Below are positions 37,068 to 49,000 of a DNA stretch of 64,000 nucleotides, in pieces (within the stretch, counting starts at the first letter, position 1; every line of letters starts with the position of its first letter). The notes below the pieces were generated by a model that saw only the letters and a list, made by a program, of their open reading frames with translations, ran no database searches and was not told the DNA's origin. This DNA is from a virus (taxonomy: Duplodnaviria > Caudoviricetes): positions 96,001 through 160,000 of IMG/VR virus record IMGVR_UViG_3300028591_000070, one strand, 5' to 3'. The position numbers were made by a program, and so were the translations under genes.

Positions 37068-37429
37068 TATTGTTTCTTCTCCTTTTTTCTAATCCATATA
37101 TTGTATTCTACAGGTGCAGTTAAAATACCAAAACGAGTTGCAATATACTGTTCAAAGTCATAAGTATCTAAAACATTAAAAATATAATCTTTATACCGAC
37201 CTTCTGAAAACTCTTCATATTTAGAAATGTATGCCTTTTCAATTTCGTCCATGGCCTCATAAGTAGGCTCACCATTTTTAATAAATGACAAAAGCTCCGC
37301 ATCTGGAATTGACTCCAAAAATGCAAGAGCTTCAATTACTTCATCGATATGATCTTCTACTGAAAACCCAAGATTCTCGATTTCAGAATATTTATCTATG
37401 ACTTGACTTCTTAATTCTTCCTTTATCAT
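37067..37429 (-). CDS. hypothetical protein
   Basis: Operon packing. Confidence 0.75.
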   Translation of the reverse strand: MIKEELRSQVIDKYSEIENLGFSVEDHIDEVIEALAFLESIPDAELLSFIKNGEPTYEAMDEIEKAYISKYEEFSEGRYKDYIFNVLDTYDFEQYIATRFGILTAPVEYNIWIRKKEKKQ

Positions 37430-37446
37430 AGATAAATATTAACCTA

Positions 37447-38016
37447 TTAATCTTTAGCTTTTTTAGTAGAAGACTTTCCTTTATAGTTTTCAAGGCTAGC
37501 GCGGCTAACATAGTTGTAAGTCTGATAAAGGAACAAAAACCAATTTGACTCTTCTGAAGGAAGAAGTTTACCTTCTACATCAAACCAATAAGGGAAATCA
37601 GTGTTTTTAATCACCAAAGGTTTATATTCAGTTTTAAGTACATTTGTAACTTTTTCAATTGCTTCTTTTGGAGCATACATAACACCACCCATCACATAAT
37701 ATGGCATGTCAATAAGCTGGCGGAAGAAAACTCCACATAATTCTGGTGATACTTTTTCCCACTTATATTTTTCCAAATCAGTTTTGCGGATATGATAATA
37801 ATTACAATCAATAGGGATTGAATAATTGCCATCTACTTCAACAAGCTGATAGATGTTAAGTTCATCATTAGGACAGTTGAAATTATTAATCGCCTGATAT
37901 TCATCATGGAACTTATCTACAAAGGCTTTCTTTTCCTTTGAATTAGGACGAGCAACAATAGAGTCAACTACTTCCTTAGTTTTTTCATTCCAAATTTTGT
38001 AAATTAATTTTCCCAT
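37447..38016 (-). CDS. hypothetical protein
   Basis: Operon packing. Confidence 0.75.
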   Translation of the reverse strand: MGKLIYKIWNEKTKEVVDSIVARPNSKEKKAFVDKFHDEYQAINNFNCPNDELNIYQLVEVDGNYSIPIDCNYYHIRKTDLEKYKWEKVSPELCGVFFRQLIDMPYYVMGGVMYAPKEAIEKVTNVLKTEYKPLVIKNTDFPYWFDVEGKLLPSEESNWFLFLYQTYNYVSRASLENYKGKSSTKKAKD

Positions 38017-38298
38017 TTACTTCACCTTCTCGATTTCTTTAATAATATTGCTAAACTCTGTTGGAGTAACTTCAACAAGTTTTTTATCTTTAATTGCTAA
38101 AACCTTAGCAATCTTAGTTTTTGAAATAGGCTTTGCAATATCAATAACTGAGTTTTCAGTAACATCATTACCGATATTGAAAAACATTGACTGACGAAAA
38201 CCAATAAGCTGATTTTCTGCTGCAGGCTCATTGATATTTGCAACAGCAATATATTCAATCAAGTCTTGCTTTGCTGGATTTAAGTTTACCAATTTCAT
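38017..38298 (-). CDS. hypothetical protein
   Basis: SD AGGAG. Confidence 0.75.
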   Translation of the reverse strand: MKLVNLNPAKQDLIEYIAVANINEPAAENQLIGFRQSMFFNIGNDVTENSVIDIAKPISKTKIAKVLAIKDKKLVEVTPTEFSNIIKEIEKVK

Positions 38299-38310
38299 AG
38301 TTTATCTCCT

Positions 38311-39672
38311 TTATTTGCTACTTTCAACAAAGCTCATCTGGTAGTAAGCCATATAAGTTTTCAAAACAACTCTCAAACGTTTTGCAACATCCTGAATTGA
38401 GCTTGAACCTTCATAAGAATCTTTCAAGAAGTTTTCAAGGCGAAACATTGCCTCATAATCTGAAGTAAACTCTCCCATCTTTTCAACAGAACCATCTAAG
38501 AAACTGAGTGATTTCTTAATATCTTTTGAATACTTCTTTTCAACTTCTGTCATTGCCAAAGAAATATCTTCATCAATATCTTCAGCATCACCAGATTCAT
38601 AAGCATTCATTGTTTCAAGGATTTTTCCCTGCAAATCTGAAGCATAAACTACAGACTCTTTGTTTCTAAGAGAATTAACTCCACCGGCACAACGCTGAAG
38701 AATTTCACAGCCTTTCTTGTGGATAAGTTCGCGGAACTGATTTATTTGTGTAACACGCTCTTCAGGATCTTCTGACCAAGAGTTTGTTCCACCACCCATC
38801 ATACCATCCATTACCAAAGATACAAAAGAAGGGTCATTACCATCAAGTCCCATAGAATAAAGAGCCTTGAATGCACGACAAATATAAGACATATTACGAC
38901 CTGAGATGAAGTTCAAAACCTGACCAACACCTGTATCATTGTCAGAATACATTCCATCAAATCTCTGATTGTTGAGATTTAATGCGCCAATAGTCTGACC
39001 AACTTTTGAAGAAAGGTCGCGTGGATATTTTTTCCAAAGTCCATGGAAAAATTTATTCATGAGATTTAATACTTTTGTATCGCTTGTTTTTGTTGGCTCA
39101 ATATTTGGAATTTCTGGCCATTCATCATCAACTTCTGCAAAGTCCTGAGTAAATTCATCAATAACATCCAAGTCATTAGATGACTGAAGATTGATGATAC
39201 AAAAACGATTTAATTCTGGAGCCATGATGTCACACCAACCAGGAAGGTTGAGTTTATAGTTTGCAGCTGCACAAATGATACAATCATCAGGAAGTTTACG
39301 ACCACCACGAATTTTGCGTTCAAAGCAAACCTGAAGAAGAGAAGATTGAACTTCAGTTGAAGCTGCAGAAATTTCATCAAAGAAAAGAATAGAAGGAATT
39401 TTTTCTTTTTCCTTAGATTTAATATTGGTGTACCATTCAGGAGCTTTTGCAGTGAGTGATTCACCACCTTCATTTACAAGATAACCAAGAATTTCATCTT
39501 TTGAATACTGTGATCCACATACAGTTTCAACATGATAGCCATTCTTCTTGGCGTATGTATTAATTGTAGTTGTTTTTCCGTAACCCGGATTTGAAATAAA
39601 AATAACTGGTACCTTAGAGCGACGGCTCATTTCCAGCGCATAGATAACAGTATTTCTGAAAGTGTTATTCAT
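38311..39672 (-). CDS. MoxR/dynein-related AAA+ ATPase
   Basis: SNPGYGKTT Walker A, ILFFDEI Walker B, ICAAAN sensor I, ELNRF. Confidence 0.88.
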   Translation of the reverse strand: MNNTFRNTVIYALEMSRRSKVPVIFISNPGYGKTTTINTYAKKNGYHVETVCGSQYSKDEILGYLVNEGGESLTAKAPEWYTNIKSKEKEKIPSILFFDEISAASTEVQSSLLQVCFERKIRGGRKLPDDCIICAAANYKLNLPGWCDIMAPELNRFCIINLQSSNDLDVIDEFTQDFAEVDDEWPEIPNIEPTKTSDTKVLNLMNKFFHGLWKKYPRDLSSKVGQTIGALNLNNQRFDGMYSDNDTGVGQVLNFISGRNMSYICRAFKALYSMGLDGNDPSFVSLVMDGMMGGGTNSWSEDPEERVTQINQFRELIHKKGCEILQRCAGGVNSLRNKESVVYASDLQGKILETMNAYESGDAEDIDEDISLAMTEVEKKYSKDIKKSLSFLDGSVEKMGEFTSDYEAMFRLENFLKDSYEGSSSIQDVAKRLRVVLKTYMAYYQMSFVESSK

Positions 39673-39686
39673 ATACTTACCTCTAG

Positions 39687-39719
39687 TAGAATATACTAGA
39701 AGTAGTAACTAAAATTCAA
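39687..39719 (-). promoter_or_regulatory. early sigma70-type promoter
   Basis: TTGAAT-18nt-TATATT-CTA then AGAGGT RBS. Confidence 0.75.
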
Positions 39720-39918
39720 AAATCTGGATGTCTCCTACAATTTTTATTGTAGTTTTAAATTTATGTTCTTTTAAAAACTTCTGAAAAATTTTACCTTTAT
39801 TTTTGTCAGAGCTATAATAATTTATTTCAGTAGGCAAAATACTGAAATTAAAAAAACTTTCATTATACTCTTCACAAAATTTTTGTATTAACTCTTCTAA
39901 AAAAATTACATCTTTCAT
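39709..39918 (-). CDS. hypothetical protein
   Basis: CCTAAATA late-like motif 4 nt before the ATG. Confidence 0.55.
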   Translation of the reverse strand: MKDVIFLEELIQKFCEEYNESFFNFSILPTEINYYSSDKNKGKIFQKFLKEHKFKTTIKIVGDIQIFEF

Positions 39919-39972
39919 ATTATATTTAGGTGTTTTTAAATTTTAATTTAAATAGCTTTAATAATTCTACTA

Positions 39973-40111
39973 TCTATTTTTATTTATATCCATCTGAGTA
40001 TGTGACTAGCACTGCTGCAGTCAGCCAATTTTCGGACTTGGAGCGCAGCAAAAAGTCTGGAAAGTGGTCATCTTTAAATATAATTTAACAGTGACCACTT
40101 TCCAGACTTTT
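39973..40111 (-). repeat. dispersed palindromic element, copy 2 (inverted)
   Basis: Palindrome 40051-40111 has perfect 20-bp arms AAAAGTCTGGAAAGTGGTCA; its reverse complement matches 12872-12932 at 56/61. Confidence 0.9.
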
Positions 40112-40132
40112 ATTTTGACAAATATTAAAATA

Positions 40133-40477
40133 ATGTCATTTTCATAAATTAGATTGATTATTAAAGCAACTAATTATTCTATGAAACCTGAATTTGTAGT
40201 ACCTGAAAAACCAGGATATATTTTTTCGCATTGGTCGGCAGTTTCTCCAGATAGTGGAGAAGAACAAACTCCTTTTGATTTTGATCATAATGTTATTTTA
40301 AAAGATACAGTTTTATATGCTGTATTTGTGCCAAAAGTAACTGTTACATTTGAGTCAGAAGGCACAACTTGTGGCTCTGAGGATTTGATGACAGGCGGTA
40401 GAGCTTATGATCCTCTAAGTAATAGCATTGTTCCAGGAGTATGTAAACCTTCTAAGGAATATTATAGAGAGAGTTAA
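40133..40477 (+). pseudogene. InlB-B-repeat (Listeria-Bacteroides repeat) protein remnant
   Basis: PEKPGYIFSHW...FDF...DTVLYAVF repeat; second repeat cut at KPSKEYY; in-frame ATG 40133 interrupted by TAA 40145. Confidence 0.5.
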
Positions 40478-40478
40478 T

Positions 40479-40730
40479 ATGAAATTTTTAGTTGCAGAAC
40501 TTATCTTTCATGATAATACATGGGAAGCTATTGGTCTTTATGACTCTCTTTTAGATGCAAAAGCAGCAGTTTTTGATTTATGTAAAAAAGAAGATAAAGA
40601 TGATATGTGTACTCATACTTTTGAAGTGAAAGATAGAGGATGTTATGATAGACTATCTTATGTGCATAATAAGCCTGAGTGGAGGGAAGGTGACCTTACA
40701 ACAAAAGTCTATGATAATGTTATTTGGTAA
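40479..40730 (+). CDS. hypothetical protein
   Basis: Probable start ATG 40479. Confidence 0.65.
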   Translation: MKFLVAELIFHDNTWEAIGLYDSLLDAKAAVFDLCKKEDKDDMCTHTFEVKDRGCYDRLSYVHNKPEWREGDLTTKVYDNVIW

Positions 40731-40735
40731 AAACA

Positions 40736-40969
40736 ATGACTTATATTATACGAAAAAAGAATTCACCTTATTATGTAAAAGATATGACTCAAAAAGTTGA
40801 TGGAAACTTCGAGATTCTTCATTGGGAAACATCTTTTACAGATGTTAAAGATTTTATTATCTTAAAAATAAAAGGAAAAAAAGAAGCACTTGAAAAAATA
40901 GCTTTATTAAAAAGTATTTTTCCAAAAGAACAAATGGATTTTGAATTAGAACCTTATGGAAAAAAGTAA
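40736..40969 (+). CDS. hypothetical protein
   Basis: Operon packing. Confidence 0.6.
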   Translation: MTYIIRKKNSPYYVKDMTQKVDGNFEILHWETSFTDVKDFIILKIKGKKEALEKIALLKSIFPKEQMDFELEPYGKK

Positions 40970-41858
40970 AACAATTCATATCATAAACTTAGGTCATTAT
41001 TTAGAGAATACTCCATTTGCACAAGATTTATTAAAGCACAATATGGAGATGGAGCCAAATATGGAATGGAGAATATGGACTGAAAAAGATCCAGAAATTC
41101 AAGAAGGCATAGAGTCTTATGTTGGTCCTGTAAGTAAAGGTTATCTTCCATTTTTAGCAGGAGCTTATTTATCACACTATATTTTATACCGTTTTGGTGG
41201 TGTTTACTGCGAGATGGATTATGAATTTAAAATTAAAAACTTTTTCTATGATTTATATCAGAAAGGAGAGGTTATACATAATGCTCCATCTACTTGGTAT
41301 TTTTTAAATTGTAATTGTAATCAAGTTCATTATTTTCCTTATCCTAAGCATGATCTTCTAAAAAGACTATTATGGTTGTTAAATTATAATCAAGAACCAC
41401 TTCATTTAGAAAGTAGTATTGCTAATGATGCAGAAGCTCTTTCTATTAAAAGAGCTTTAGAATTAAAAGCTTTTACACAGAACGAGATTGATGAATTGGT
41501 AAAATCAGCATTATCTAAAAATATTGATAATTGTAAAGTTTTAAATCACTATCAAACACAAGTAGCTGGAAGCTGTAAGAAAATCGTCTTTTGCTCTGCT
41601 TCAACATACTTAAAACTTAAAAAAATAGAAAAATTTAATTTGGAATTTTTTGACAACGAGTATGTAAATTTAAGAATTTTTGAAGATGTTGATATATCTT
41701 ATAAAGAATTACCTAAACGCTATGATTGGGGATATTTAATATCTACAACAAAAGATGTTGAATTATTCAAAACAACATGCCAAAAATATCAAACTTATAA
41801 GAAAGATAAAGTTGTAATTCTAGGACAGGATATAAAGAAACTAATAAATGAAAAATAA
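40956..41858 (+). CDS. glycosyltransferase, GT32/Gly_transf_sug-like
   Basis: PNMEWRIWTE and ILYRFGGVYCEMDY (canonical LYxYGGxYxDxD). Confidence 0.7.
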   Translation: MEKSKTIHIINLGHYLENTPFAQDLLKHNMEMEPNMEWRIWTEKDPEIQEGIESYVGPVSKGYLPFLAGAYLSHYILYRFGGVYCEMDYEFKIKNFFYDLYQKGEVIHNAPSTWYFLNCNCNQVHYFPYPKHDLLKRLLWLLNYNQEPLHLESSIANDAEALSIKRALELKAFTQNEIDELVKSALSKNIDNCKVLNHYQTQVAGSCKKIVFCSASTYLKLKKIEKFNLEFFDNEYVNLRIFEDVDISYKELPKRYDWGYLISTTKDVELFKTTCQKYQTYKKDKVVILGQDIKKLINEK

Positions 41859-42678
41859 TGTTATTCATATTATAAATTTAAATAATTTTCTTGAACTCAA
41901 TAGATTAGCTCAATATCTATTAAGTCATAATAAAAGTATAGAACCTAATATGGAATTTAAGATTTGGACAGAAAAAGACCAAGATATTAAAGATGCTTTG
42001 GCCTTATGCAAAAATGAATGGCCTTTAGATTTTAAAGCAGGTGTTTTTCTTCCAACTTATATTTTATATAAGTATGGTGGTTTTTATTGTGAAATGGATT
42101 ATGAACTTTTACAGCCAAATTATTTATATAATTTAACCTTAAAAAATCAAAGAATATTAGAAAGTCCACTTTATGAAAATTTATGCATAAATAATGGCTT
42201 TGTTAGTTATTTTCCTACTGCTAATGATTCTTATTTAAGAAGATTATTAGATATATATTTGGAATATTATACCATCGGTAGTGATTGGTTTGTATCTTCT
42301 TTTTCATCAGCAGTTGAATTAGGTTTTTCTAAAAAAGAATTAAATGAATTAAGAGATATTGCGACAGAAAATTTTAAGTATAGCCATGATTATATTTTCC
42401 ATATTAGTAATTTACGTGGTACAAAAGATGTGGTTATTTGTACTTTAAGTCAATTTGAAAAATTATTTTCAAAAAAACAATCGCGAATAAATAGATATTT
42501 TATATATGTTGACGATGAGAAATTATCAGAACAAAAACCTTTAGAAATTAAAGGACTTACACTAGAATATTGGCAAACGCTCTTTTATGATAAAGAGACT
42601 TTAAAAAAATATTATAATTTAATCAAATCTTATACTGATAAGAATATTATCATTATGGATAAGTCTTTAATCAACTAA
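41848..42678 (+). CDS. glycosyltransferase, GT32-like, tandem paralog
   Basis: PNMEFKIWTE and ILYKYGGFYCEMDY. Confidence 0.7.
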   Translation: MKNNVIHIINLNNFLELNRLAQYLLSHNKSIEPNMEFKIWTEKDQDIKDALALCKNEWPLDFKAGVFLPTYILYKYGGFYCEMDYELLQPNYLYNLTLKNQRILESPLYENLCINNGFVSYFPTANDSYLRRLLDIYLEYYTIGSDWFVSSFSSAVELGFSKKELNELRDIATENFKYSHDYIFHISNLRGTKDVVICTLSQFEKLFSKKQSRINRYFIYVDDEKLSEQKPLEIKGLTLEYWQTLFYDKETLKKYYNLIKSYTDKNIIIMDKSLIN

Positions 42679-42685
42679 TTAAATT

Positions 42686-43006
42686 ATGAAAAGTAGATAC
42701 GACTTTATGGATGAAAGCGAAGTTATTGATAAAGAAACTGGAGAAAGCTATCCAGACCCATTGTCAATAAACTATAATGAAGGTAAACTTACTATTCTTC
42801 CAATAAATGCAGATGTTTCAAAATATGACCTCGAAAAGTTTTGGCTTTTCATGTATAATCAATATAATACTTTTAACTATGATGATGTTCTCTTAAATGA
42901 GAATAATGTTCCTTATATAAATTGTCTAAATCCAGGTGATAAAATTTATTTACCCAGAGGTGGAGATGTTACCAATTTTATAAGAGAAGCCTCAAATCGA
43001 AAATAG
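42686..43006 (+). CDS. baseplate wedge protein, gp53/LysM-like
   Basis: MYNQY...DVLLNENNVPYINCLNPGDKIYLP LysM-like pattern; late motif at 42674. Confidence 0.7.
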   Translation: MKSRYDFMDESEVIDKETGESYPDPLSINYNEGKLTILPINADVSKYDLEKFWLFMYNQYNTFNYDDVLLNENNVPYINCLNPGDKIYLPRGGDVTNFIREASNRK

Positions 43007-43037
43007 CCAACCCAGTTGAAATTTTACTAATTTATTT

Positions 43038-46000
43038 ATGAAAAAGTTTCAACCTAATAGTGATCTATACAACAATTTTTACGATGGCTACACTTCTTCA
43101 GATGAATTTATAGCCAAAAAAAGAATCCATACAACTAATGAAATTCCTCCTCTTTCAATTTATAAGAATCTCCATTCTATGCTTCAGAGAGATTTCTGGA
43201 AGAACTTAGTTGGCGACACAGAAATTATTTATGATGAGTATTATAATTTAGACACAGATGGAAAAGAAACTTTTGATAGAAATGGTGACATAAAGGAAAT
43301 GTCAGTTGCCAAATATACAAATGGCATTCGTTCCTTAAACTATGGCCCAATCCCTAGATTAGTTTGGAATAAAAACTGGAAAAAAGATTATGAGAATTAT
43401 TTACAACAAGTAGAAGATGGTGAAGCATTTGATGAAGGTAAAACAGCAAATGACTTTAAATATATTGTAGATAATTCTGAAACAAAATATAATCGTTTTG
43501 AAGTAACTGGTGTTTTTGAGCCTCAGAAAGATCTTATGATGCATGAGGCTTATCGCTATTTAAGTTGTATTTATCCAGACCATCCAGATTATTTGAACAT
43601 TCTTACAAAGAATGAATTTGATGATAAAATTGATGACTCAGCTTGTTTAATTGATTATAAGATTGATATTCCTTTTATGGATTGGCTTCCAAAATATTTT
43701 GAATATATTGAAGGAATAAATACACAAATTGCTCAAGAAGATGAAGCTGCAAAATTAAAGATTCGTAACCTTAAAAATTATGCAATGAATAGAAAATTCT
43801 TTGGTGCTAAAGAAGGTTATAAAATGTTTGCGGCATCTGCTTTCCAACATGCATCAATTTACTCAGCTTCTCAATATATTCCATTAGAGGGTGGAAATGT
43901 TTCAAGTTTTGGCACTCCAAAGAATGTTGATATTACTTGGTTTAAGGAGTTTTTTGACCAGCCTGAAGAATTTACAAATAGTGACATAGATAAAGGACAC
44001 TACTTATATAAGAAACTTTTCAGAAATATAGATTGGCAGAACTCTTCTTATGATTTCATAAACAGATATAAAGAGCCAACTCCTTTTTATGGAACAGCAT
44101 ATCCAACTCCAAATTCTCGTTTTGTTTTATATGAATATCCAAATGAAAGAATTATCGATACTTTGGATAAACAGGAAGGAAGATCAACTGATGATCTCTA
44201 TGGAACAATAAGAGCTGATTTCAAAGAAGGTCAGAAAATTAAGGTAAGTGGTCAAAAACAAAATTGGGAAGAAGGCTCGTATAAAGAAGGACATATCTCA
44301 TATATTACAAGCGAAACTTATTATAAAGTTAGAGCTATATTAGGATATAACAAGAGTGGTGATTACATGCCTTCTAAATCTGAATTAGAAGAGCATCATA
44401 TTGATAATGCTATTACAGTTGTAAATGTTGATACTCCATTGCAGCCACTTTACAAAAATTTTAGTGTATATCCTTCAAATGGAAAAATACTTCAGCTTAT
44501 TTCAGACCATGACAATAATCCTGAATTAATAGAACATGATAAGGATTTACCTATTGAAGAAAAATGGGCAATTCATAAGAGTGATGCAGATGTAATGCTT
44601 CCATATTTTCAATCACTTGAAATGGAACAGCCTTTCTATTGTTCAACTATTGTTCTTGAGAATATTTATGGTGATATTAAAGGTGAATTATCAAGATTTA
44701 ATGAGGCTCCTAAAGTAAAAACTGCAAAAATCACATTAGACCCACATCAAGATGGATGCATATTTATTGCCCCACAACAGCAGATTTCTGAATTTGAAGA
44801 GGCCTTAAATATCACATTAAATATAGATAGTTGGTTTGATGAGAATGTAGCAAAACCTGCCTCAAAAATAATTTATGGAACTACAAATCTTTCTGATAAA
44901 GCTTTCTTGAAAGAAGGTGATTATATTGTTTCAGAAGATAAAAAATATATCTCATCTGTTTTAGGATTGTCTAGCGCATTCTTACAATTCAGCTTAACTG
45001 GAAAAGGAACAGACTATGAACTTATAAATAAAAAAGTAGAAGCAATGAATAAAGAAACTACTGCTAGACATGGTGTTGTTTTTGCTTTAAGTGGAAACAA
45101 CCCAGAAGCAGCAGGAAAAAGAGTAATTGTTTTTGGTAAGCCTACTTTTGAAGATGTTACTTCTATGGACAATGATCCAAGAAAATTCTCTTCTAAGGGT
45201 GTTTATTTTGATGTTAAAGCAATTCCTACAACTAAAGACCATGCTCAATTAAGATTTATTTACGGTAGTAGATTTGCTTCTATTGCAGCTCAAAAATATC
45301 AAGATTTAAGACAGTTGTATAAAGATGATTATCTTTCTATTGCTGATGAATATGCTAAAAATCTTTTAGATAATCTTCTTTTGATTGATGAAAGTTTTAA
45401 GGCTTTAGATGAGAGAGTTGAAAAAACTAGAGAGTCTATTAAGAATGAGTCTATTTATTACAATGACTACTCAGCTAAAAAATATGATTATTATATGGAC
45501 ACAACTATTTCTGCTATGCTTCTTCGTAAAGTTTTACAAAAACAAGCAGAAAAAACTTATAAGCCTTATGATGATGAATTAAATGGTAAAATTGATGACC
45601 TTGTAAAAACTTATAGAAATACTTGTAACTATGAACTTACTATGGCTGGTGATACAACTTATGCAAATCTTGAAACAGCTAGAAATATTTATACAGATAG
45701 TTTAGTTGACGCTTGGAATGGTTTCAATAAAGTATTTAATGAGGAATACAATAAGTTTTATAAGGCTATTAGCAATTTAGTAGAAGATGGCACAGATTTA
45801 GAAGCTCCAAAAATTAAAAAGAATCTTGAAAAGAATTATAAGATTGTAAATGAAAAATTAAATATTCTTTATAATGCAATTTTAGATTATACACAAGTTT
45901 ATAATGACTCAAATTGGACAGATATTTCTCAGCCATTAGAAGATCTTCTCGGATGGTTTGATAGATTTAAGGACTCTAGAACTCTTATCAGAGAAGCTTA

Positions 46001-49000
46001 TACTAAACTCTTCAAGGATGGTAAAGATGCAGAACAAATCTATCTTAATAGCTGCATACAGTCTCTTAAAGAGTTTAATGATGTATATTATCCTCAATAT
46101 GTTGAATATACTAAGGCTCTTAATAATTCTGAAAATGATGTTCATGAGGAATTAGAGTCAGTTGAGCATCTTTTCTCAGCAATTTCATATTACTATGATG
46201 AAATTGAAAATACTCTTAATCAAAGAAAAACAGTTACTAAAGATGTAACAGACTCTTTCAAAGATGCATTCTATGACTATACAAACTTTATAATTTCTTC
46301 TTGCGGTAAAGGTTCTTATGACGAAAGAGGAATGGCCGCCTTCAAGAAAGATTATAATAAAAAATTACAAGAATTTATTACACTCGAAATTAAAGCTAAA
46401 GAGGTTGTTAAAAAATATGTAGATGAATACATGACTTGGTTTAGTGAAGAGATTGCAATTTATTTTGATGATGAGCAGTTTTATAGCGATGTTATAGACA
46501 TTAAGAGCTCAGACCCAGAAATTAGAAATCTTTCACTAGATATTCTTGGATGTGATACAGTTTTATTTACTGAAATGCTTCCAAATAAAGCATTCTTATT
46601 AGCTCCTCTTCCTAAAGACCTTTTAATGAGAAAGGAATTAGAAGGAGATTTTAGTTACTCATTACTTACAGACCAAGATTATTTCCAAGATATTGTTTCA
46701 TTCAAGAAAAATGAATTTGATGATTTATTGGAATTAGAAGCAGAAAGTATTTTTGGTAGAAGTGGATTGCTCACAAACTGTAAATCAGTTTCAATGGATG
46801 CTTGGAGTTTTGGTTCAATAAACACAGCAACATTAGCAGAGACTCACTATGATGAGGATATATTTGATTATGTTACTGAAGATGTTGCCTTAAAAACAGA
46901 AGCAGATAAAAACTTCTTAGGTGATTACTATCAGTCTAATAAACCTTGGATAAATGATTATTATATTGATGACCCACAGGCAGCAGAATTAGAAGTTAAA
47001 CAATATAAATATTTTGACTTAAATCAGGATATTTATACTTTAATGAATGATACTGATATGACTCATAAGTTTGCATATTGTGACCCTAATATGCTTGAAA
47101 TGTTCTTAACTGATGAGGATAAGAATAATATTCGTGGTGAGGTATTAAATTTTAATAAAGTAAAAATTAATTGTCATACTGTACAAGATTCAAATGTTGT
47201 TACCTTAGAGGAAAGAGCATCAATTAGAAAATTAGATTATATCACAACAGGATGCCAAGTTATTGGTAAAACTGTAGATGATGATACATATGTAGAAGCA
47301 ATTGACTTAGAAGATCATTCTATAACATTAAATAAGCCAATGCAGATTACAGGTGAATTTGTATTTACATTTTTATGTAAAATTCAATATGAGCCTGATG
47401 ACGTTTCAGAAGACTTCTATAATTATCGTATTGCAGCTTCTAAAAATAAAGAAGTTTCAAATAACTCAATTTTTGAACATGGTGTTATTGATACCTTAAA
47501 TTATGGCGAAATCTCAGATTATATGCTTAGCTCATATATTGATTTTGCTGTATTTAGAGAAGCTCTTACTGATAACTTACAAGAGCAGCCATACTATAAA
47601 GAAAACTTCAATTTGCTTGTAAGAAATTTCTATAATAGATATTTGGGAACAGCTCGTGAGAATGATGTATTTGTTAAGCCATCTATGATTGAGAATGAAG
47701 ATGATATTTTCTTTGAATTAAATGCTTATAACCTTTTAGGTGAAGATTATATCATGAGGCAAGAAATATTAGATTATTTCTATCAGTACTTAGATGAAAT
47801 GACAAAAGCTTCAGATGACATTCATCTAGGTGTTGCTGTAAATGGATATACTCTAAATGATGGAAAAGTTTTCCATGGTGATAGCGCATTCTCAGATAAA
47901 AACATTCATGCTAAGTTTATAACTACTGATGACTGGAAGGATTATGAGCCATTCTATATTAAGATTGGTTGTGGTTGTATTCCAGGTATTTTTGATGAAA
48001 AAGAAATTGTAGACCACGATGAGAATGATGAACTTGTAGGAAGATCACTTTATAATGAACATGATGACCCTTATGGTTCTGCTCTTTATAATGGTTCACA
48101 AGTAGAAGTACAAGATAATACTCAAAGAAAACATTATTATGATATTGGTGACCCTGTATTTAAGGCTCGTTTAGGTGAATATGAAATTCAGAAAAATATC
48201 ATGTTTAATGATTTCTCATCTGATAGAGTATTTAATACTATCCAATTCTCAGTTATGAAAAGAATCATCGACTCATTTGTTGATGATAACACAATTACTA
48301 TTGCGAACTCAACAGTTTCAAACTGGAATGGATTACAAACATGGCCTAAAAACTGTTATACAATAGATGATCTTTATATTATGGGTGAAAATGGGGAAGC
48401 AGCTGAACTTAAAGATATAAACTTCTTAGGTGAATGGTCTCCTAAAATTGAAAATGATGAGATTGTTTTCCCAGAAAAGCCATTATATGACAATGTATTA
48501 AATTATTATGTAATTACAAATAATTATAGCTTCATTGTAGATGAGAAAGAGGTTAATTATAAGCCTGGACAGATTATTATCTGGGAAAATGACAAATGGA
48601 TTGTTAAAACATTCTATGCTGCTGGATTTATTGGTGATTCATATTCTGCAGCAAAATATATCACAGGTAAATATGAAGATGAGGCTATCACAACAGGTTC
48701 AAATCTTATCATTACTGAAACAACAGATTTTAGAGCAGTTATTCTTTATAAGGTTTTAAATTCTATTGGATGCTATACTAATATTGCCACTGCAGCAAAT
48801 TATGGTTACTCTAAATTATTAGAGCTTTATCAAAATGCTTTAGCATTCTTCAAAGAAGAAAAAACAATAGATGAAGTAAATGAATCAGTATATCCTATTG
48901 AATTAGACCCAACCTGTAAAAATACTTTTGATGAGAATACTTGTTATTGGTTTGAATACATTGGATATGATGCCGATTTTGCGGATGCTTTGGCAAATAG

